NCBI GenBank assembly: GCA_965261595.1
Contig: CBDHDG010000005.1
Location: 288,001 to 352,000 of the forward strand
Direction of reading: 5' to 3'
Source of the DNA: a bacterium
GTDB lineage: Bacteria; UBA8248; JACPRG01; G963555815
Length of the DNA: 64,000 nucleotides
Shown here: positions 21,502 through 31,760 of the stretch, one piece after another
Numbering within the stretch: the stretch's first letter is position 1
How the letters are laid out: the number at the start of each line of letters is the position of its first letter
The notes under the pieces: generated by a model
What the model was told of the DNA's origin: nothing
Databases searched by the model: none
The model's input: only the letters and a program-made list of their open reading frames with translations
Position numbers and translations under genes: made by a program

Positions 21502-21910
21502 TTGTCCCCCCACGTATCCGAGGTCGTTGGCCGAAACCGATTCAATGGGCTTGGCCCACCACGCGGTTTATTGGATTGGGTTCGAGGCGCCCCGAACGGA
21601 CCTGCTCCGGAAGCTGGGATTTTCGTACCGGAGGCTGGAGGAAGAGGGTTGCCGGATGCCGGTCGCGGAGGCGGGCTGCCGGTATCGGGCGGCCGCCCGG
21701 TGCGAGGACCGGGTTTCCATCGAGGCCCGGGTGGGCGAGGTCGGCCGGGCCCGCGTCCGGATCGACTACACGGCGCGGAACGAAGAGGGCAAGGCGCTGG
21801 CCGAGGGCTTCACGGTCCACGCCTTTCTGACCCCCGATATGCGCCCTGTGCGCTTCCCGCCGGAGTTGGCCGCGGCCATGCGCGCGGACCTGGCGGAGAC
21901 CGCCTCCTGA
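21502..21910 (+). CDS. YbgC/4HBT-family acyl-CoA thioesterase; N-terminus appears frameshifted near 21525
   Basis: AETDSMGLAHHAVY motif and hot-dog fold pattern. Confidence 0.75.
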
Positions 21911-21956
21911 CGCCGCCGCGCCGTTTTCTCGACGATTTCGAGCGCCCGGCGGAGAG

Positions 21957-22229
21957 TCACCGGGTGAAATAGAGATACAACGCAACGCCCAGGACCGCCG
22001 CGCCGCCCCAGGCCAGCCGCCCCTCGATCCGCTTCGCCCGCCTCCAATCCGCCGGATTTTCGTACCCCGCGAAGGGTTTCCCTTCCTCGGCAGCGGGGGC
22101 CTGGGACCTTTCCGACCAGTTCCGAAGGGCGAGGTACAGGGCCGCCCCGAACAGGTAGATCAAAGCCCCCGGTTTCTTCCCGATGGCCGCGCTGATGAGC
22201 AGGCCGATGAGGATGAGGCAACCGATCAT
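21957..22229 (-). CDS. Small hypothetical membrane protein
   Basis: Three hydrophobic segments; co-oriented with neighbours. Confidence 0.45.
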   Translation of the reverse strand: MIGCLILIGLLISAAIGKKPGALIYLFGAALYLALRNWSERSQAPAAEEGKPFAGYENPADWRRAKRIEGRLAWGGAAVLGVALYLYFTR

Positions 22230-22298
22230 GGGCCGAAGACCCTCATGGGCCGAAGACCCTCGGGGTCGCAGACCCTCAGGGCCGCAGACCCCGGGGCC
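22226..22298. repeat. 16-17-bp tandem repeat (TCATGGGCCGAAGACCC x2 plus 2 degenerate units)
   Basis: Direct reading of the sequence; no spacers. Confidence 0.75.
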
Positions 22299-22433
22299 GG
22301 TCTCGCCCCGGACCTGTGGCAGGCCTGGACGCCTCGCGGTTGAAAGGGAGTCGAGAGAACCGTCAAAGCTGGATGATTGCCTTTGGCGAGAAAGGGTTGC
22401 GGAGGCGCCGCCCGCCGAAAAAAGCCGCCGGGC

Positions 22434-22733
22434 CTACGCTGAATCAAGGTCTTCCGGGGGCCGGGCGGGAGAGGCCGCCTCTTTCGACGCGAACCGCGGA
22501 CGTCGCGCGCCTCCCCCCCCTCCCCTCCTCCTCCCGCCGATGACGTGGCCGTGGGCCTTGAGACCCGCCTTGATGAGGCACAGGGCAAGGAGGGCGTCTC
22601 CCAAAAGCTCGACCGGGCCGATTCCGGACGCGATGAAGGCCACGGAGAGCAATGTCAAAAGGCCCCAGACGATGTGACCGGCCTTCAGCCTCTTTCCCTG
22701 TTTGGGTCCCATTGGAAGGCTTCCGGCGCTCAC
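22434..22733 (-). CDS. Small hypothetical membrane protein (3' end uncertain)
   Basis: Two hydrophobic segments; start overlaps the upstream stop (GTGA). Confidence 0.4.
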   Translation of the reverse strand: MSAGSLPMGPKQGKRLKAGHIVWGLLTLLSVAFIASGIGPVELLGDALLALCLIKAGLKAHGHVIGGRRRGGGGGARRPRFASKEAASPARPPEDLDSA

Positions 22734-23161
22734 CGCTTAACGGGCTCGACGGGTCCGGGCGATAAGGACGGGCGGAGCGGTCTGCCCTTCTGCTTGTAAT
22801 AGAGCCGGATGAGGATCGACGCGATCTGCGTGGACAGGACAGGATAGAGCCAGACCTGGATCCAGAGCCAAAGCCCCGTGCCGGAACGAAGCCTCACGGC
22901 GTCCCAGAACCCGATCCCCTTTACAACGGCCACGTTGCGCATCCCGTAATAAATCCCCGCCCCGCACAGGAGGGTCCAGCAGATGCCGAAGACCGTGAAG
23001 AGCATCACGTAAAACCCCCCGCCCTGGAACCGCGTCCAGGGAGAGAGCGGCGCGTAGACGCTCGGCTCGCCGACGTAGGGCCACTCGCCGGTCCGATCGC
23101 CGTCGGCTCGGGTGCCCGCGTCTTCGCGCGCCGGGCGGTCGTTGGCGGGATTGGACACCAA
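22730..23161 (-). CDS. Hypothetical membrane protein (2 TM)
   Basis: Abuts the MBL gene stop; two hydrophobic helices. Confidence 0.55.
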   Translation of the reverse strand: MVSNPANDRPAREDAGTRADGDRTGEWPYVGEPSVYAPLSPWTRFQGGGFYVMLFTVFGICWTLLCGAGIYYGMRNVAVVKGIGFWDAVRLRSGTGLWLWIQVWLYPVLSTQIASILIRLYYKQKGRPLRPSLSPGPVEPVKR

Positions 23162-23803
23162 TCACTCCGACCAGAGAACGTCGCCGTAGACGGGGCTGGT
23201 GCGCTCTTTCGAGGCGAAGACGGCGTACTCTTTTTTCGAATCGCCCACGGTCGTGTTGTCGCCGTGTCCGGGATAGAGGACCGTCTCCTCAGGCAGCGTG
23301 TACACCCGCTTTTGGACGTTGTCCACGAGGACCTTGAAGTCTTCCGGGCTGTTGGTCCGCCCCGGCCCCCCGGGAAAGACCGCGTCTCCGACGATGCAGT
23401 GTCCGCCGGGCAGGAGGAAGGCCGTGCCCGCGGGGGAATGCCCCGGACCGGACAGGAAGGCCCCGACCTCGCACTCTCCGAACCGGATCGTGTCGCCGTC
23501 GTTGATGTCGAAGTCGCCCTGGATGCCGAAGTGAGCGGCCTCCACGGGGGGGATGCCCACCGGAACGCCCGTCGCCGCTTTCAGCTCATCCAGCGCCTGG
23601 ACGTGGTCGGTGTGGCAGTGCGTCATCAGGATGTAACGGACGTTCGTCCCCTCGGCGGCGGCCAGGATCTTGTCGGCCTCGAAGGAGGCGTCCACGATGA
23701 CGCTGTCGTTTGTCTTCTTGCAGACCAGGACGTAGATGTTGTTTCCGAAATCTCCGACGCGGACCTTCTTGATGAGGGCCGCGCCGGTGTCCGTCGTTTC
23801 CAT
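23162..23803 (-). CDS. MBL-fold metallo-hydrolase (glyoxalase II-like)
   Basis: THCHTDH, PGHS, GDAVF, YPGHG. Confidence 0.9.
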   Translation of the reverse strand: METTDTGAALIKKVRVGDFGNNIYVLVCKKTNDSVIVDASFEADKILAAAEGTNVRYILMTHCHTDHVQALDELKAATGVPVGIPPVEAAHFGIQGDFDINDGDTIRFGECEVGAFLSGPGHSPAGTAFLLPGGHCIVGDAVFPGGPGRTNSPEDFKVLVDNVQKRVYTLPEETVLYPGHGDNTTVGDSKKEYAVFASKERTSPVYGDVLWSE

Positions 23804-23935
23804 GAGTTTGCTTTCTCCCCGCGCGGGTTTCACAACTGATTGGATTTCAACGCTTAATCTCATGCTAACACCGGCCCGACGCGCACGCAAGAAAGGGGGT
23901 TGGGGGGGGGGCGGCCGGGACTCCCGCCGGCTGGC

Positions 23936-24583
23936 TTAATCCACCGCCGCGCGCTCCCCCTCTCCTCCCCCGCCGGTCTTTTCTTCGATGGCCACCTCGG
24001 CCAGCGTCTCGTAGACCGCCCCCTGGGGATGGAGACGGCTTTCCATCAACTCGATGCCCCGGATGGGGAAATCCGCTTCAAGCCCGCTCTCGGTTTCACG
24101 GAGGGCCTCCGCCACCCGGCCCGGTTCGACGTTTTCCCGGATGCGCCCCAGCGTGAGGTGGGGGTGAAAGGGCCGGTCCTCTTTCTCGAAACCCAGCAGG
24201 TGGAGGGCTTCCTGGACGTGAAAATGGACGGCGCGGAAATCGGCCGGAACGGCTTCCGGGTCCGATCCCCACCACAGGACGCGGGGCCGATTGGCGTTGG
24301 GGAAGACACCGAGGCGGTCCAGCCGGATTTGCGTGGGCCGGCATCCTTGCGACACGATGGAGAGTTGTTGGGCGATGTAGGAAATGTCTTCGGCCGGCAC
24401 GTCCCCGAGGAATTTCAATGTGATGTGAAAGGCGTCGGGTTTCAACCACCGGATTCCGGACAGCTCCCGGCGCCCCTGGAGCGCGGCTTGGATGTCCGCC
24501 GCTTGGCCGCGGACGGCCTGCGGGGCCGTTACGGCGACGAAGCACCGTATTGTGTTTTCCCGGCCGGGGGCGTCTCCGTCCAC
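23936..24583 (-). CDS. thpR: RNA 2',3'-cyclic phosphodiesterase (2'-5' RNA ligase family)
   Basis: Two HxT motifs: FHITLKFLG and FHPHLTLGR. Confidence 0.9.
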   Translation of the reverse strand: MDGDAPGRENTIRCFVAVTAPQAVRGQAADIQAALQGRRELSGIRWLKPDAFHITLKFLGDVPAEDISYIAQQLSIVSQGCRPTQIRLDRLGVFPNANRPRVLWWGSDPEAVPADFRAVHFHVQEALHLLGFEKEDRPFHPHLTLGRIRENVEPGRVAEALRETESGLEADFPIRGIELMESRLHPQGAVYETLAEVAIEEKTGGGGEGERAAVD

Positions 24584-24590
24584 GATCGCC

Positions 24591-25151
24591 TCATTCCTCC
24601 TTCGGCCCGGCCGCGGCGCTTTTCTCCGCCGCCGGCGCGAGACCAAGCAAATGGTCCCGCAGCAACGCCAGGGCGGCGTCCCGGCTCTGGTTTCTCACCG
24701 ATTCACGGCCGCCGGAAAACATGAAATGGCGGACGGTCTCCCCTTCGTCGGAGGAAACGCCGATGTAGACCGTCCCGACGGGTTTCTCCTCGGTCCCGCC
24801 GCCGGGGCCGGCGACGCCGGTCACGGACAGGCCGACCGAGGCCTTCCTTCCTCCCGCCACTTGTCGCGCCCCGCGGGCCATCTCCGCCGCTGTTTGCGCG
24901 CTCACCGCGCCGTGGGTCTCGAGCGTCTCCTCGGAAACCCCCAGCCGGTCCCGCTTGACGTCGTTGTGATAGGCGATGACGCCGCCCCGGTAATACGCCG
25001 AGCTTCCCGAAACCGCCGTCACCCGGGCGCCGATGCCTCCGCCGGTGCAGGATTCCGCGGTGGCCAGCATCCAGCCTCGCCGCCGGAGCAGGGGGGCGAT
25101 CTCCTCCTCCACGGGAGGAGGGGAAGGACGGGGGCGATCCGTTTCACGCAT
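24591..25151 (-). CDS. pncC: Nicotinamide-nucleotide amidohydrolase (CinA C-terminal domain)
   Basis: ATAESCTGG, GSSAYY.GG, HGAVS, TGVAGPGGG, KPVGTV. Confidence 0.9.
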   Translation of the reverse strand: MRETDRPRPSPPPVEEEIAPLLRRRGWMLATAESCTGGGIGARVTAVSGSSAYYRGGVIAYHNDVKRDRLGVSEETLETHGAVSAQTAAEMARGARQVAGGRKASVGLSVTGVAGPGGGTEEKPVGTVYIGVSSDEGETVRHFMFSGGRESVRNQSRDAALALLRDHLLGLAPAAEKSAAAGPKEE

Positions 25152-25170
25152 AGAGGGCCTCTTTTCCGGC

Positions 25171-25683
25171 TCACAGAAAAGCCCCGGCCAGCCACAGGGC
25201 GATGTGCAGGCAGATATTGGCGGCGACGCCGGCCAACAAGTCATCGAGCATGATTCCGAAGCCCCGCGAACCCGGCTCGCCGAAGGGCTTCCAGATGTCG
25301 AAGACCCGAAACAGGACAAACGCCGCCAGAATAAAAGACACATTCGGCGGCATGGCGTACAAGGCCACCCACATTCCGATCATTTCGTCCCAGACGATCC
25401 GGGGGTCGTCCCGTCTCCCCGATCGCCCTTCCGCCCAAGCGCTCAGCGGAATTCCCAGCAGGAACAGGGCGAGGACGGCCGTCAGGTAGACCGCGTCTCC
25501 CGGGCGGGGAACCGCCAGGTAAATCCCCAGGGCGAGCAGGCTCCCGGCCGTTCCGGGCGCCTTGGGGATGAAACCGGCGCCGCCCCCCGCGGCGAACGCC
25601 CAGCCGATCCCCCGTCCCAGGGCGGTCCAAGGCCCGGGCCCCCGGGGGTTCGCCGTTGCGGGCTCAGCTCCGTCCGGCGCCAT
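25171..25683 (-). CDS. pgpA: Phosphatidylglycerophosphatase A
   Basis: APGTAGS, DDPRIVWDE, FRVFDIWKP, GIMLDDLLAG. Confidence 0.93.
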   Translation of the reverse strand: MAPDGAEPATANPRGPGPWTALGRGIGWAFAAGGGAGFIPKAPGTAGSLLALGIYLAVPRPGDAVYLTAVLALFLLGIPLSAWAEGRSGRRDDPRIVWDEMIGMWVALYAMPPNVSFILAAFVLFRVFDIWKPFGEPGSRGFGIMLDDLLAGVAANICLHIALWLAGAFL

Positions 25684-26860
25684 TCCACCGCGCCAGCACC
25701 GCCGCCGCCTCCTCGCGCGCCCACCCGTCCGCACGCTGGATGGTCTCCAGATCGATGTTGCGTTCGGGCCGGTGGGCCTCCATGCTCCGCTCGATCAGCT
25801 CCGGGATCCGGATGAAGGGAATCGACCCTTGCAGAAAATACTCGACGGCCATCTCGTTGGCCGCGTTCATCACGGCGGGCATCGTCTCGCCGACCCGCAG
25901 GGCCTCCCGGGCCAGGGAGAGACTGGGGAACCGTTCCGGATCGGGGGCGGAGAAAGACAGCCGGCCGACCTCGGTCAAGTCGAGCGGGGGGAAGTGGGCC
26001 TCGATCCGCTTGGGGTGCCGCAGGGCGTAAGAGATCGGAATCCGCATGTCCGGCAGGCCCAACTGGCCGATGAAGGAGCCGTCCACGTATTCGACCAGCG
26101 AATGGACGATGCTCTCGCGGTGGATCAGGACCTCGATGTGATCGCCGGGGACGCCGAAGAGCCAGTGCGCCTCGATGATCTCGAGCCCTTTGTTCATCAT
26201 CGTGGCCGAGTCGATCGTGACCTTGGGGCCCATGTCCCAGTTGGGATGGCGAAGGGCCTCCTCCCGGGTGACGGTCCGCATCTCCTCTTTGGAGAGATCC
26301 CGGAAGGGTCCGCCCGAGGCGGTGAGGATGAGCCGGCGGACGTCTTCGGGCCGATGCCCTTTGAGGGCCTGGTAGATGGCGTTGTGCTCGCTGTCGACGG
26401 GCAGGAGCAGAGCCCCACGCTCGGCCGCCCGGGCGATCAGCAACTCGCCGGCCGCGACCAGGGGCTCCTTGTTGGCCAGGGCGACGACCTTTCCGGCCTC
26501 GACGGCGGCGAGCGTGGGGACGAGTCCGGCCACGCCCTCTACGGCGGTCAAGACCACATCCGCCTCCGCCAGCCGGCCCATCCGCTCCTGGCCTTCCGGT
26601 CCGGACCAGACCTCCACTTTCAGGTCGCCGAGCCGCTCCTGAAGCTTCCGGGCCGCGTCCCGCTCGTACACCGCGACCACCGGCGGCCGGAACTCCCGCA
26701 CCTGCGCCTCCAGACGGTCGATGTTCCGGCGCCCGGCCAGGCCCGCAATCTCCAGCTCGTCCCGGTTGTGCCGGACGATATCGAGGGCGCTGGTCCCGAT
26801 GGACCCCGTCGCCCCGAGGATGACGATCCGGTTCCGGCCGGCATGCGCCTCAACGCTCAT
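25664..26860 (-). CDS. dxr: 1-deoxy-D-xylulose-5-phosphate reductoisomerase
   Basis: LGATGSIG, LANKE, PVDSEH, TASGGPFR, NKGLE, NAANE. Confidence 0.97.
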   Translation of the reverse strand: MSVEAHAGRNRIVILGATGSIGTSALDIVRHNRDELEIAGLAGRRNIDRLEAQVREFRPPVVAVYERDAARKLQERLGDLKVEVWSGPEGQERMGRLAEADVVLTAVEGVAGLVPTLAAVEAGKVVALANKEPLVAAGELLIARAAERGALLLPVDSEHNAIYQALKGHRPEDVRRLILTASGGPFRDLSKEEMRTVTREEALRHPNWDMGPKVTIDSATMMNKGLEIIEAHWLFGVPGDHIEVLIHRESIVHSLVEYVDGSFIGQLGLPDMRIPISYALRHPKRIEAHFPPLDLTEVGRLSFSAPDPERFPSLSLAREALRVGETMPAVMNAANEMAVEYFLQGSIPFIRIPELIERSMEAHRPERNIDLETIQRADGWAREEAAAVLARWNGAGRS

Positions 26861-26931
26861 ATCGATTGATTCTCATTCAGGAGGCGAGGGACGGGCGGTG
26901 GCGACGACGCCCCCGCTTTAAGCCGCCGCCG

Positions 26932-27753
26932 CTACGGGAACCCCCGCATCCATAATATCGCATAAAGAACGGGACCCGCGAACATCAGGGCGTCCAGGCG
27001 ATCCAGCATCCCGCCGTGGCCGGGGATGAGCGCGCCGGCGTCCTTGACCCCGGCCGATCGCTTGATCGCCGACTCGGCCAGGTCCCCCGCCTGACCGGCG
27101 GCGCCCAGAAGCAGGGCCGCCGTTCCCGCCGCGATCCATCCCCATTCGGGGCGCGCGGGCAGGAACCACGCCCACGCGAGGATCCCGGCCGCCAGGCTCG
27201 CCCCCAAACCGGCCAAGGCGCCCTGGACGGTTTTCTTCGGGCTCAGCCGGGCGTGCAAAGGGCGGCTGCCCCACGCCCGGCCCCCGTAATAAGCGCCGGT
27301 GTCCCCCCCCCAGACGACGATCCACAGAAAGAAGATCCACCGCCACCCCTCGGCCCCGTCTCCTCCCTCCGGGAAGCTCCGCAACAGGGTCATGGACCCG
27401 AGAGTGAATCCCACGAACAGGGCGCCGAGGATCCCGCCGGGGATTCCCTTCGGGGCGGGCCAGACGCGCGGGGGCAGGCAGAGCGCCGAAGAGAAGAATA
27501 ACAGAAGCGCCGGCCAGACGGCCAGCACGGCGGCGGGCGGGAAATTCGGGCTCCCGAAGGCCAGCGCGGCCCCGGCGGCGGCGCCCAGCCCCAGGGCGAT
27601 CCGGTTTCCGAAAAATCCTGTCAGGCGGAGGAATTCCCACGTGCCGACGGCCGCCGCGGCCGCGACGAGGAGGGAGAAGGAGAGCGGACTGCCGTAACGG
27701 ACGAAGGGGATCAGGACCAAGAGCGCGATCCCGGCGCTGAGAACGCGGGTCAC
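26932..27753 (-). CDS. cdsA: Phosphatidate cytidylyltransferase
   Basis: DTGAY, SPKKT, GDLAESAIKR..GVKD, PGHGGMLDRLD. Confidence 0.95.
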   Translation of the reverse strand: MTRVLSAGIALLVLIPFVRYGSPLSFSLLVAAAAAVGTWEFLRLTGFFGNRIALGLGAAAGAALAFGSPNFPPAAVLAVWPALLLFFSSALCLPPRVWPAPKGIPGGILGALFVGFTLGSMTLLRSFPEGGDGAEGWRWIFFLWIVVWGGDTGAYYGGRAWGSRPLHARLSPKKTVQGALAGLGASLAAGILAWAWFLPARPEWGWIAAGTAALLLGAAGQAGDLAESAIKRSAGVKDAGALIPGHGGMLDRLDALMFAGPVLYAILWMRGFP

Positions 27754-27756
27754 GTC

Positions 27757-28575
27757 TTATCCCTTTTTTTGGGTGACTTGATCTTGGGTCCGGCCGAAGC
27801 GCCGCTCCCGGTTCTGGAACTCGAGGATCGCCCGGTAGAGCTCGGGCTTGCGGAAATCCGGCCACAGGACGTCGGTGAAGTAAAGCTCCGTGTAGGCCAG
27901 CTGCCACAGGAGAAAGTTGCTGATCCGGATCTCTCCGCTCGTGCGGATGAGCAGATCCGGGTCGGGCAGGTCGGCCGTGTACAGGTATTGGTCGAAGAGC
28001 CGCGGGATGTCCTCGGGTTTCATTTCGTCCCGTCTCACCGCCTCGGCCATCGCCTGGGCCGCCCGGATGATCTCCTGCCGGGACCCGTAACTCAGGGCCA
28101 GGGTGAGCACCATGCCGTCGTTCTCGGCCGTCCGGCTTTCGGATTCCTCGATGATCCGCTGAGCGCCCTTGGGGAGGTTTTCCACCGCGCCGATGGTCTT
28201 GAAACGGATGTTCTCGCGCATCATCCGGTCGATCTCTTTCCGGAGGAACTCCCGCAGGATCTCCCACAGGGCCCGGATTTCCAGGGAGGGGCGGCTCCAG
28301 TTTTCTTCGGAGAAGGCGTACAGCGTGAGCGCGCCGACGCCGATTTCCCGGCAGGTGGTGACGATCTCATCGACAGATCGGACGCCTTCGCGGTGTCCGG
28401 CGATTCTCGGCAGGCGGCGGCCCCGGGCCCAGCGGCCGTTGCCGTCCATGATGACGGCGATGTGGCGGGGAAGTTTCCGGAGGTCGATCTGTGCCGGAAG
28501 GTCATCGGCGGACACGGGTGGAATTCCTTCGGATGCGGTGGAAGAGAAGACGGATCGGGCGCCCCGGGCGGTCAC
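27757..28575 (-). CDS. uppS: Undecaprenyl diphosphate synthase
   Basis: HIAVIMDGNGRWA, YAFSEENW, IRTSGE.RISNFLLWQ. Confidence 0.97.
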   Translation of the reverse strand: MTARGARSVFSSTASEGIPPVSADDLPAQIDLRKLPRHIAVIMDGNGRWARGRRLPRIAGHREGVRSVDEIVTTCREIGVGALTLYAFSEENWSRPSLEIRALWEILREFLRKEIDRMMRENIRFKTIGAVENLPKGAQRIIEESESRTAENDGMVLTLALSYGSRQEIIRAAQAMAEAVRRDEMKPEDIPRLFDQYLYTADLPDPDLLIRTSGEIRISNFLLWQLAYTELYFTDVLWPDFRKPELYRAILEFQNRERRFGRTQDQVTQKKG

Positions 28576-29129
28576 TCCTCCATGACTTCTTTCTCTTTTT
28601 TCGCCGTGACCTCGTCCACTTTCCGGATGAACTCGTCCGTCAGCTTCTGGATCCGCTCCTGGGCGCGGCGGTTATCGTCTTCGCTGATCTCTTTGTCTTT
28701 TTCCATCTGCTTGAGCAGGTCGTTGCCGTCGCGCCGGACGTTCCGGACGGAGACCCGCCGGTCCTCGGCTTTTTTCTTGACGACCTTGACCAGGTCCCGC
28801 CTGCGCTCTTCGGTCAGGGGCGGGACGGGGATCCGGAGGATCTTTCCGTCGCTGACGGGGTTCAGGCCGAGGTTGGAGCGCTGGATGGCTTTCTCCACTT
28901 CGGGGACCACCGACTTGTCCCAAGGCTGGATGACGATGAGGCGGCTCTCGGGGACCGAAATGGTGGCCAACTGCTTCAACTGCGTCTGGACGCCGAAGTA
29001 GTCCACCAGGATTCCGTCGACCAGGGCGGTGGTGGCCCTTCCCGTCCGCACGCCGGCGAACTCCTTGACCAGCGAATCCAGGGTCGATTGCATGCCGTCT
29101 TTCACTTCCTGGTGGATTTCTTCGATCAT
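28572..29129 (-). CDS. frr: Ribosome recycling factor
   Basis: [26 protein letters not shown]. Confidence 0.97.
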   Translation of the reverse strand: MIEEIHQEVKDGMQSTLDSLVKEFAGVRTGRATTALVDGILVDYFGVQTQLKQLATISVPESRLIVIQPWDKSVVPEVEKAIQRSNLGLNPVSDGKILRIPVPPLTEERRRDLVKVVKKKAEDRRVSVRNVRRDGNDLLKQMEKDKEISEDDNRRAQERIQKLTDEFIRKVDEVTAKKEKEVMEE

Positions 29130-29887
29130 TCGTCCAGGTCCTTCACCATGGATCCGATCCCCTCGCCCAGAACCAGCCGCTTGAGGTTCCCCCGTTTTCG
29201 CAGGTCGAAGACGGCGATCGGGAGATGGTTCTCCATGCACAGCGAAACGGCGGTGGCGTCCATCACCCGGAGCCCACGCTGCAAAACCTCCTTGTAGCTG
29301 AGCAGCGTCAGCTTTTTCGCATCCGGGGTGGTTTCCGGGTCGCCGGTGTAGATGCCGTCCACCTTGGTGGCCTTGATGATGACGTCCGCGCCGATCTCCA
29401 CCGCCCGGAGGGCGGCCGTTGTGTCGGTCGTGAAATAAGGGTTGCCCGTCCCCCCGACGAAGATCAGGATCCGGCCCTTCTCCAGGTGGCGCAGGGCCCG
29501 GCGCCGGATGTAGGGTTCGGTGAACTGATGAACCGAAATGGCCGACATGACCCGGGTGACGAGGCCCGAGGACTCCAGCGCGTCCTGGAGCGCCAGTCCG
29601 TTCATGATCGTGGCCAGCATCCCGATTTGGTCCGCGGTGACGCGGTCCATGCCCTTTTCCGCCCCCGCGACGCCGCGAAAGAGGTTCCCGCCTCCGATGA
29701 CGATGGCGACCTCGATCTCCAGGCGCTGGATCTCCTTGAGCTGCTCGGCGATGTCCTGGAGAACGGTGGATTCGATGCCCAACGGGCGTTTGCCCATCAG
29801 GGCCTCCCCGCTGAGCTTCAGCAGGATCCGATGGTAGGCGGACGCTGTCGACCGGATCGGCTTGACGGGTTCAACCGGCCGACTCAC
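29126..29887 (-). CDS. pyrH: Uridylate kinase
   Basis: [32 protein letters not shown]. Confidence 0.97.
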   Translation of the reverse strand: MSRPVEPVKPIRSTASAYHRILLKLSGEALMGKRPLGIESTVLQDIAEQLKEIQRLEIEVAIVIGGGNLFRGVAGAEKGMDRVTADQIGMLATIMNGLALQDALESSGLVTRVMSAISVHQFTEPYIRRRALRHLEKGRILIFVGGTGNPYFTTDTTAALRAVEIGADVIIKATKVDGIYTGDPETTPDAKKLTLLSYKEVLQRGLRVMDATAVSLCMENHLPIAVFDLRKRGNLKRLVLGEGIGSMVKDLDE

Positions 29888-29944
29888 ATTCGTTCTCCGT
29901 GTTCGGGCATCCAGAAAAGAAACCCTGCGGCCGGGGGGGGTGGA

Positions 29945-30604
29945 TTAGGCGTTGGCAATCTGCTGTTGAACTTCTTCGGCGAGGTTCTTTTCTTCGTGCT
30001 CCAGGCCCTCTCCCACCTGAAAGCGGGAAAACCGGCGGATGGAGATGTTCTCGCCCAACTCGACGATCTTTTCCTTCAACAAGGTTTGGATGTCCTTGTC
30101 CGGGTCCTTGATGAAGGCCTGTTCCAGCATCACCACCTCGCGGTAGAACTTGTCGATTTTTCCATCGACGATCTTGTTAAGGATGTTTTCGGGCTTCCCG
30201 GTTTCCCGGGCTTGTCCGGCGTAGACCTCCCGCTCCCGCGCGATGACCTCGGGCGGCAGGTCCTCCCGCCGGACGCAAAGGGGGCTGGCGGCGGCCACCT
30301 GCATGGCCACGTCTTTGACGAATTCCTGGAACTGCGGGGTCAGGGCCACGAAGTCCGTTTCGCAATTGACCTCGAGCAGGACGCCGATCTTTCCGCCCGC
30401 GTGTATGTAGGCGTAGACCAGCCCCTCGGTGGCGGTCCTTCCGGCCTTGTTGGCCGCGTCGGCGAGCCCTTTCTGCCGGAGGTGGTCCAGGGCCTTTTCC
30501 AGATCGCCTTCCATTTCAACCAGGGCGTTCTTGCAATCCATCATGCCCGCGCCCGATTTCTCCCGGAGGGTTTTCACCAGCGAGGCGGGGATGTCCATGC
30601 TCAT
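29945..30604 (-). CDS. tsf: Elongation factor Ts (short form)
   Basis: LREKSGAGMMDCK, EVNCETDFVA. Confidence 0.97.
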   Translation of the reverse strand: MSMDIPASLVKTLREKSGAGMMDCKNALVEMEGDLEKALDHLRQKGLADAANKAGRTATEGLVYAYIHAGGKIGVLLEVNCETDFVALTPQFQEFVKDVAMQVAAASPLCVRREDLPPEVIAREREVYAGQARETGKPENILNKIVDGKIDKFYREVVMLEQAFIKDPDKDIQTLLKEKIVELGENISIRRFSRFQVGEGLEHEEKNLAEEVQQQIANA

Positions 30605-30679
30605 TCTTCCTCTTGGTTTTTCGATTCCGAAATTCCGCTCCGCGCGTGTCCGGACGGCTCAGCCGGGCCGGCCGGGGCG

Positions 30680-31588
30680 CTATGCCTTCGGCGGCTCCGC
30701 CGGCGGAGTGGGGTTTGCCGGGGCGGGGTCGGGCTTCACGGCCTCCGCGGGGGCGGGGGCCGTGGTTTTTTCAGGAGCAGCCGTTGCCGGCGCGGCCGCC
30801 TTGGTCTCGGCCGCCGCTTTTGCTTTGTCCGCTTTGTCGCGGCTTTCCTGCTCGGCCTTGAAAGCCTCGGCGAGCTCCTCCTCGTCCTTTTTCCTGGCCT
30901 TCCCCTTGATGATCGCGTCGGCCACCACGGAGGAAAACAGACGGATCGCCCGGATGGCGTCGTCGTTGCCCGGCAGGATGGTGTCCACCCCGTCCGGGTT
31001 GCAGTTGGTGTCTACGACGGCGATGATGTGGACGCCCATCTTCCGGGCTTCCCGGATGGCGATGGATTCTTTGTTGGGGTCCACGACGAAAAGGGCCCGG
31101 GGGATCTTGTCCATGTCCCGGATGCCCTGAAAGTATTTTTCCAGGCGCGTGCGCTCCCGGCTGAGCTGCAGGACTTCCTTCTTGGTTTTGCCCTGGGTGA
31201 GCTGGGCGCCGGGTCCTTCGCCGTTGTCCATCTGCTGGAGCTCTTTCAGGCGGTTCACACGGAGCTTGATGGTCGTGAAATTCGTCAACGTTCCGCCGAG
31301 CCACCGCTTTGTCACGTAGGGCATCTCGCAGCGTTGGGCCTCTTCCTCGATTGCGGTTTGGGCCTGGCGCTTCGTTCCCACAAACAGGACCTTTCCCGGG
31401 CCGGCCCCCAGCTCCTGCAGGAACTCATCGGCTTCGCTGATTTTTTCCAGGGTTTTCAGCAGGTCGATGATGTAGATGCCGTTGCGGGAGCCGAAGATGT
31501 ACGGCTTCATCTTCGGATTCCACCGTTTGGTCTGGTGGCCGAAGTGGGATCCCGCCTCCAGTAGACTTTTCAGGCTCACTTCCGCCAA
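30680..31588 (-). CDS. rpsB: 30S ribosomal protein S2 with Ala/Pro-rich C-terminal tail (TTG start)
   Basis: HFGHQTKRWNPKM, RWLGGTLTNF, PGNDDAIRAI; RBS GGAGGT. Confidence 0.97.
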   Translation of the reverse strand: MAEVSLKSLLEAGSHFGHQTKRWNPKMKPYIFGSRNGIYIIDLLKTLEKISEADEFLQELGAGPGKVLFVGTKRQAQTAIEEEAQRCEMPYVTKRWLGGTLTNFTTIKLRVNRLKELQQMDNGEGPGAQLTQGKTKKEVLQLSRERTRLEKYFQGIRDMDKIPRALFVVDPNKESIAIREARKMGVHIIAVVDTNCNPDGVDTILPGNDDAIRAIRLFSSVVADAIIKGKARKKDEEELAEAFKAEQESRDKADKAKAAAETKAAAPATAAPEKTTAPAPAEAVKPDPAPANPTPPAEPPKA

Positions 31589-31760
31589 ATTTCGGTCACC
31601 TCCGTTGAATCAAGAATCGAAAATCAGACCTCAACCCCCACCCGCTTTCGCGACTTGTCCGGCTATTCTCTGCATTATAGGCGCGGCGGATGCCTTTGGG
31701 CAACCCAAAATTGAGCGGGCGGTCCGCACAAGCCGGGCGATCCTCCCCGCGGGCCGTGTC

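Noticed and set aside
22226..22298. Possible mini-CRISPR array
   Set aside because: Units of 16-17 bp are contiguous with no unique spacers; no cas genes
29225..31564. 779-aa plus-strand ORF and many similar long ORFs (e.g. 41789-43792, 44493-46433, 47249-48949)
   Set aside because: Antisense shadows of clear genes, typical of high-GC DNA
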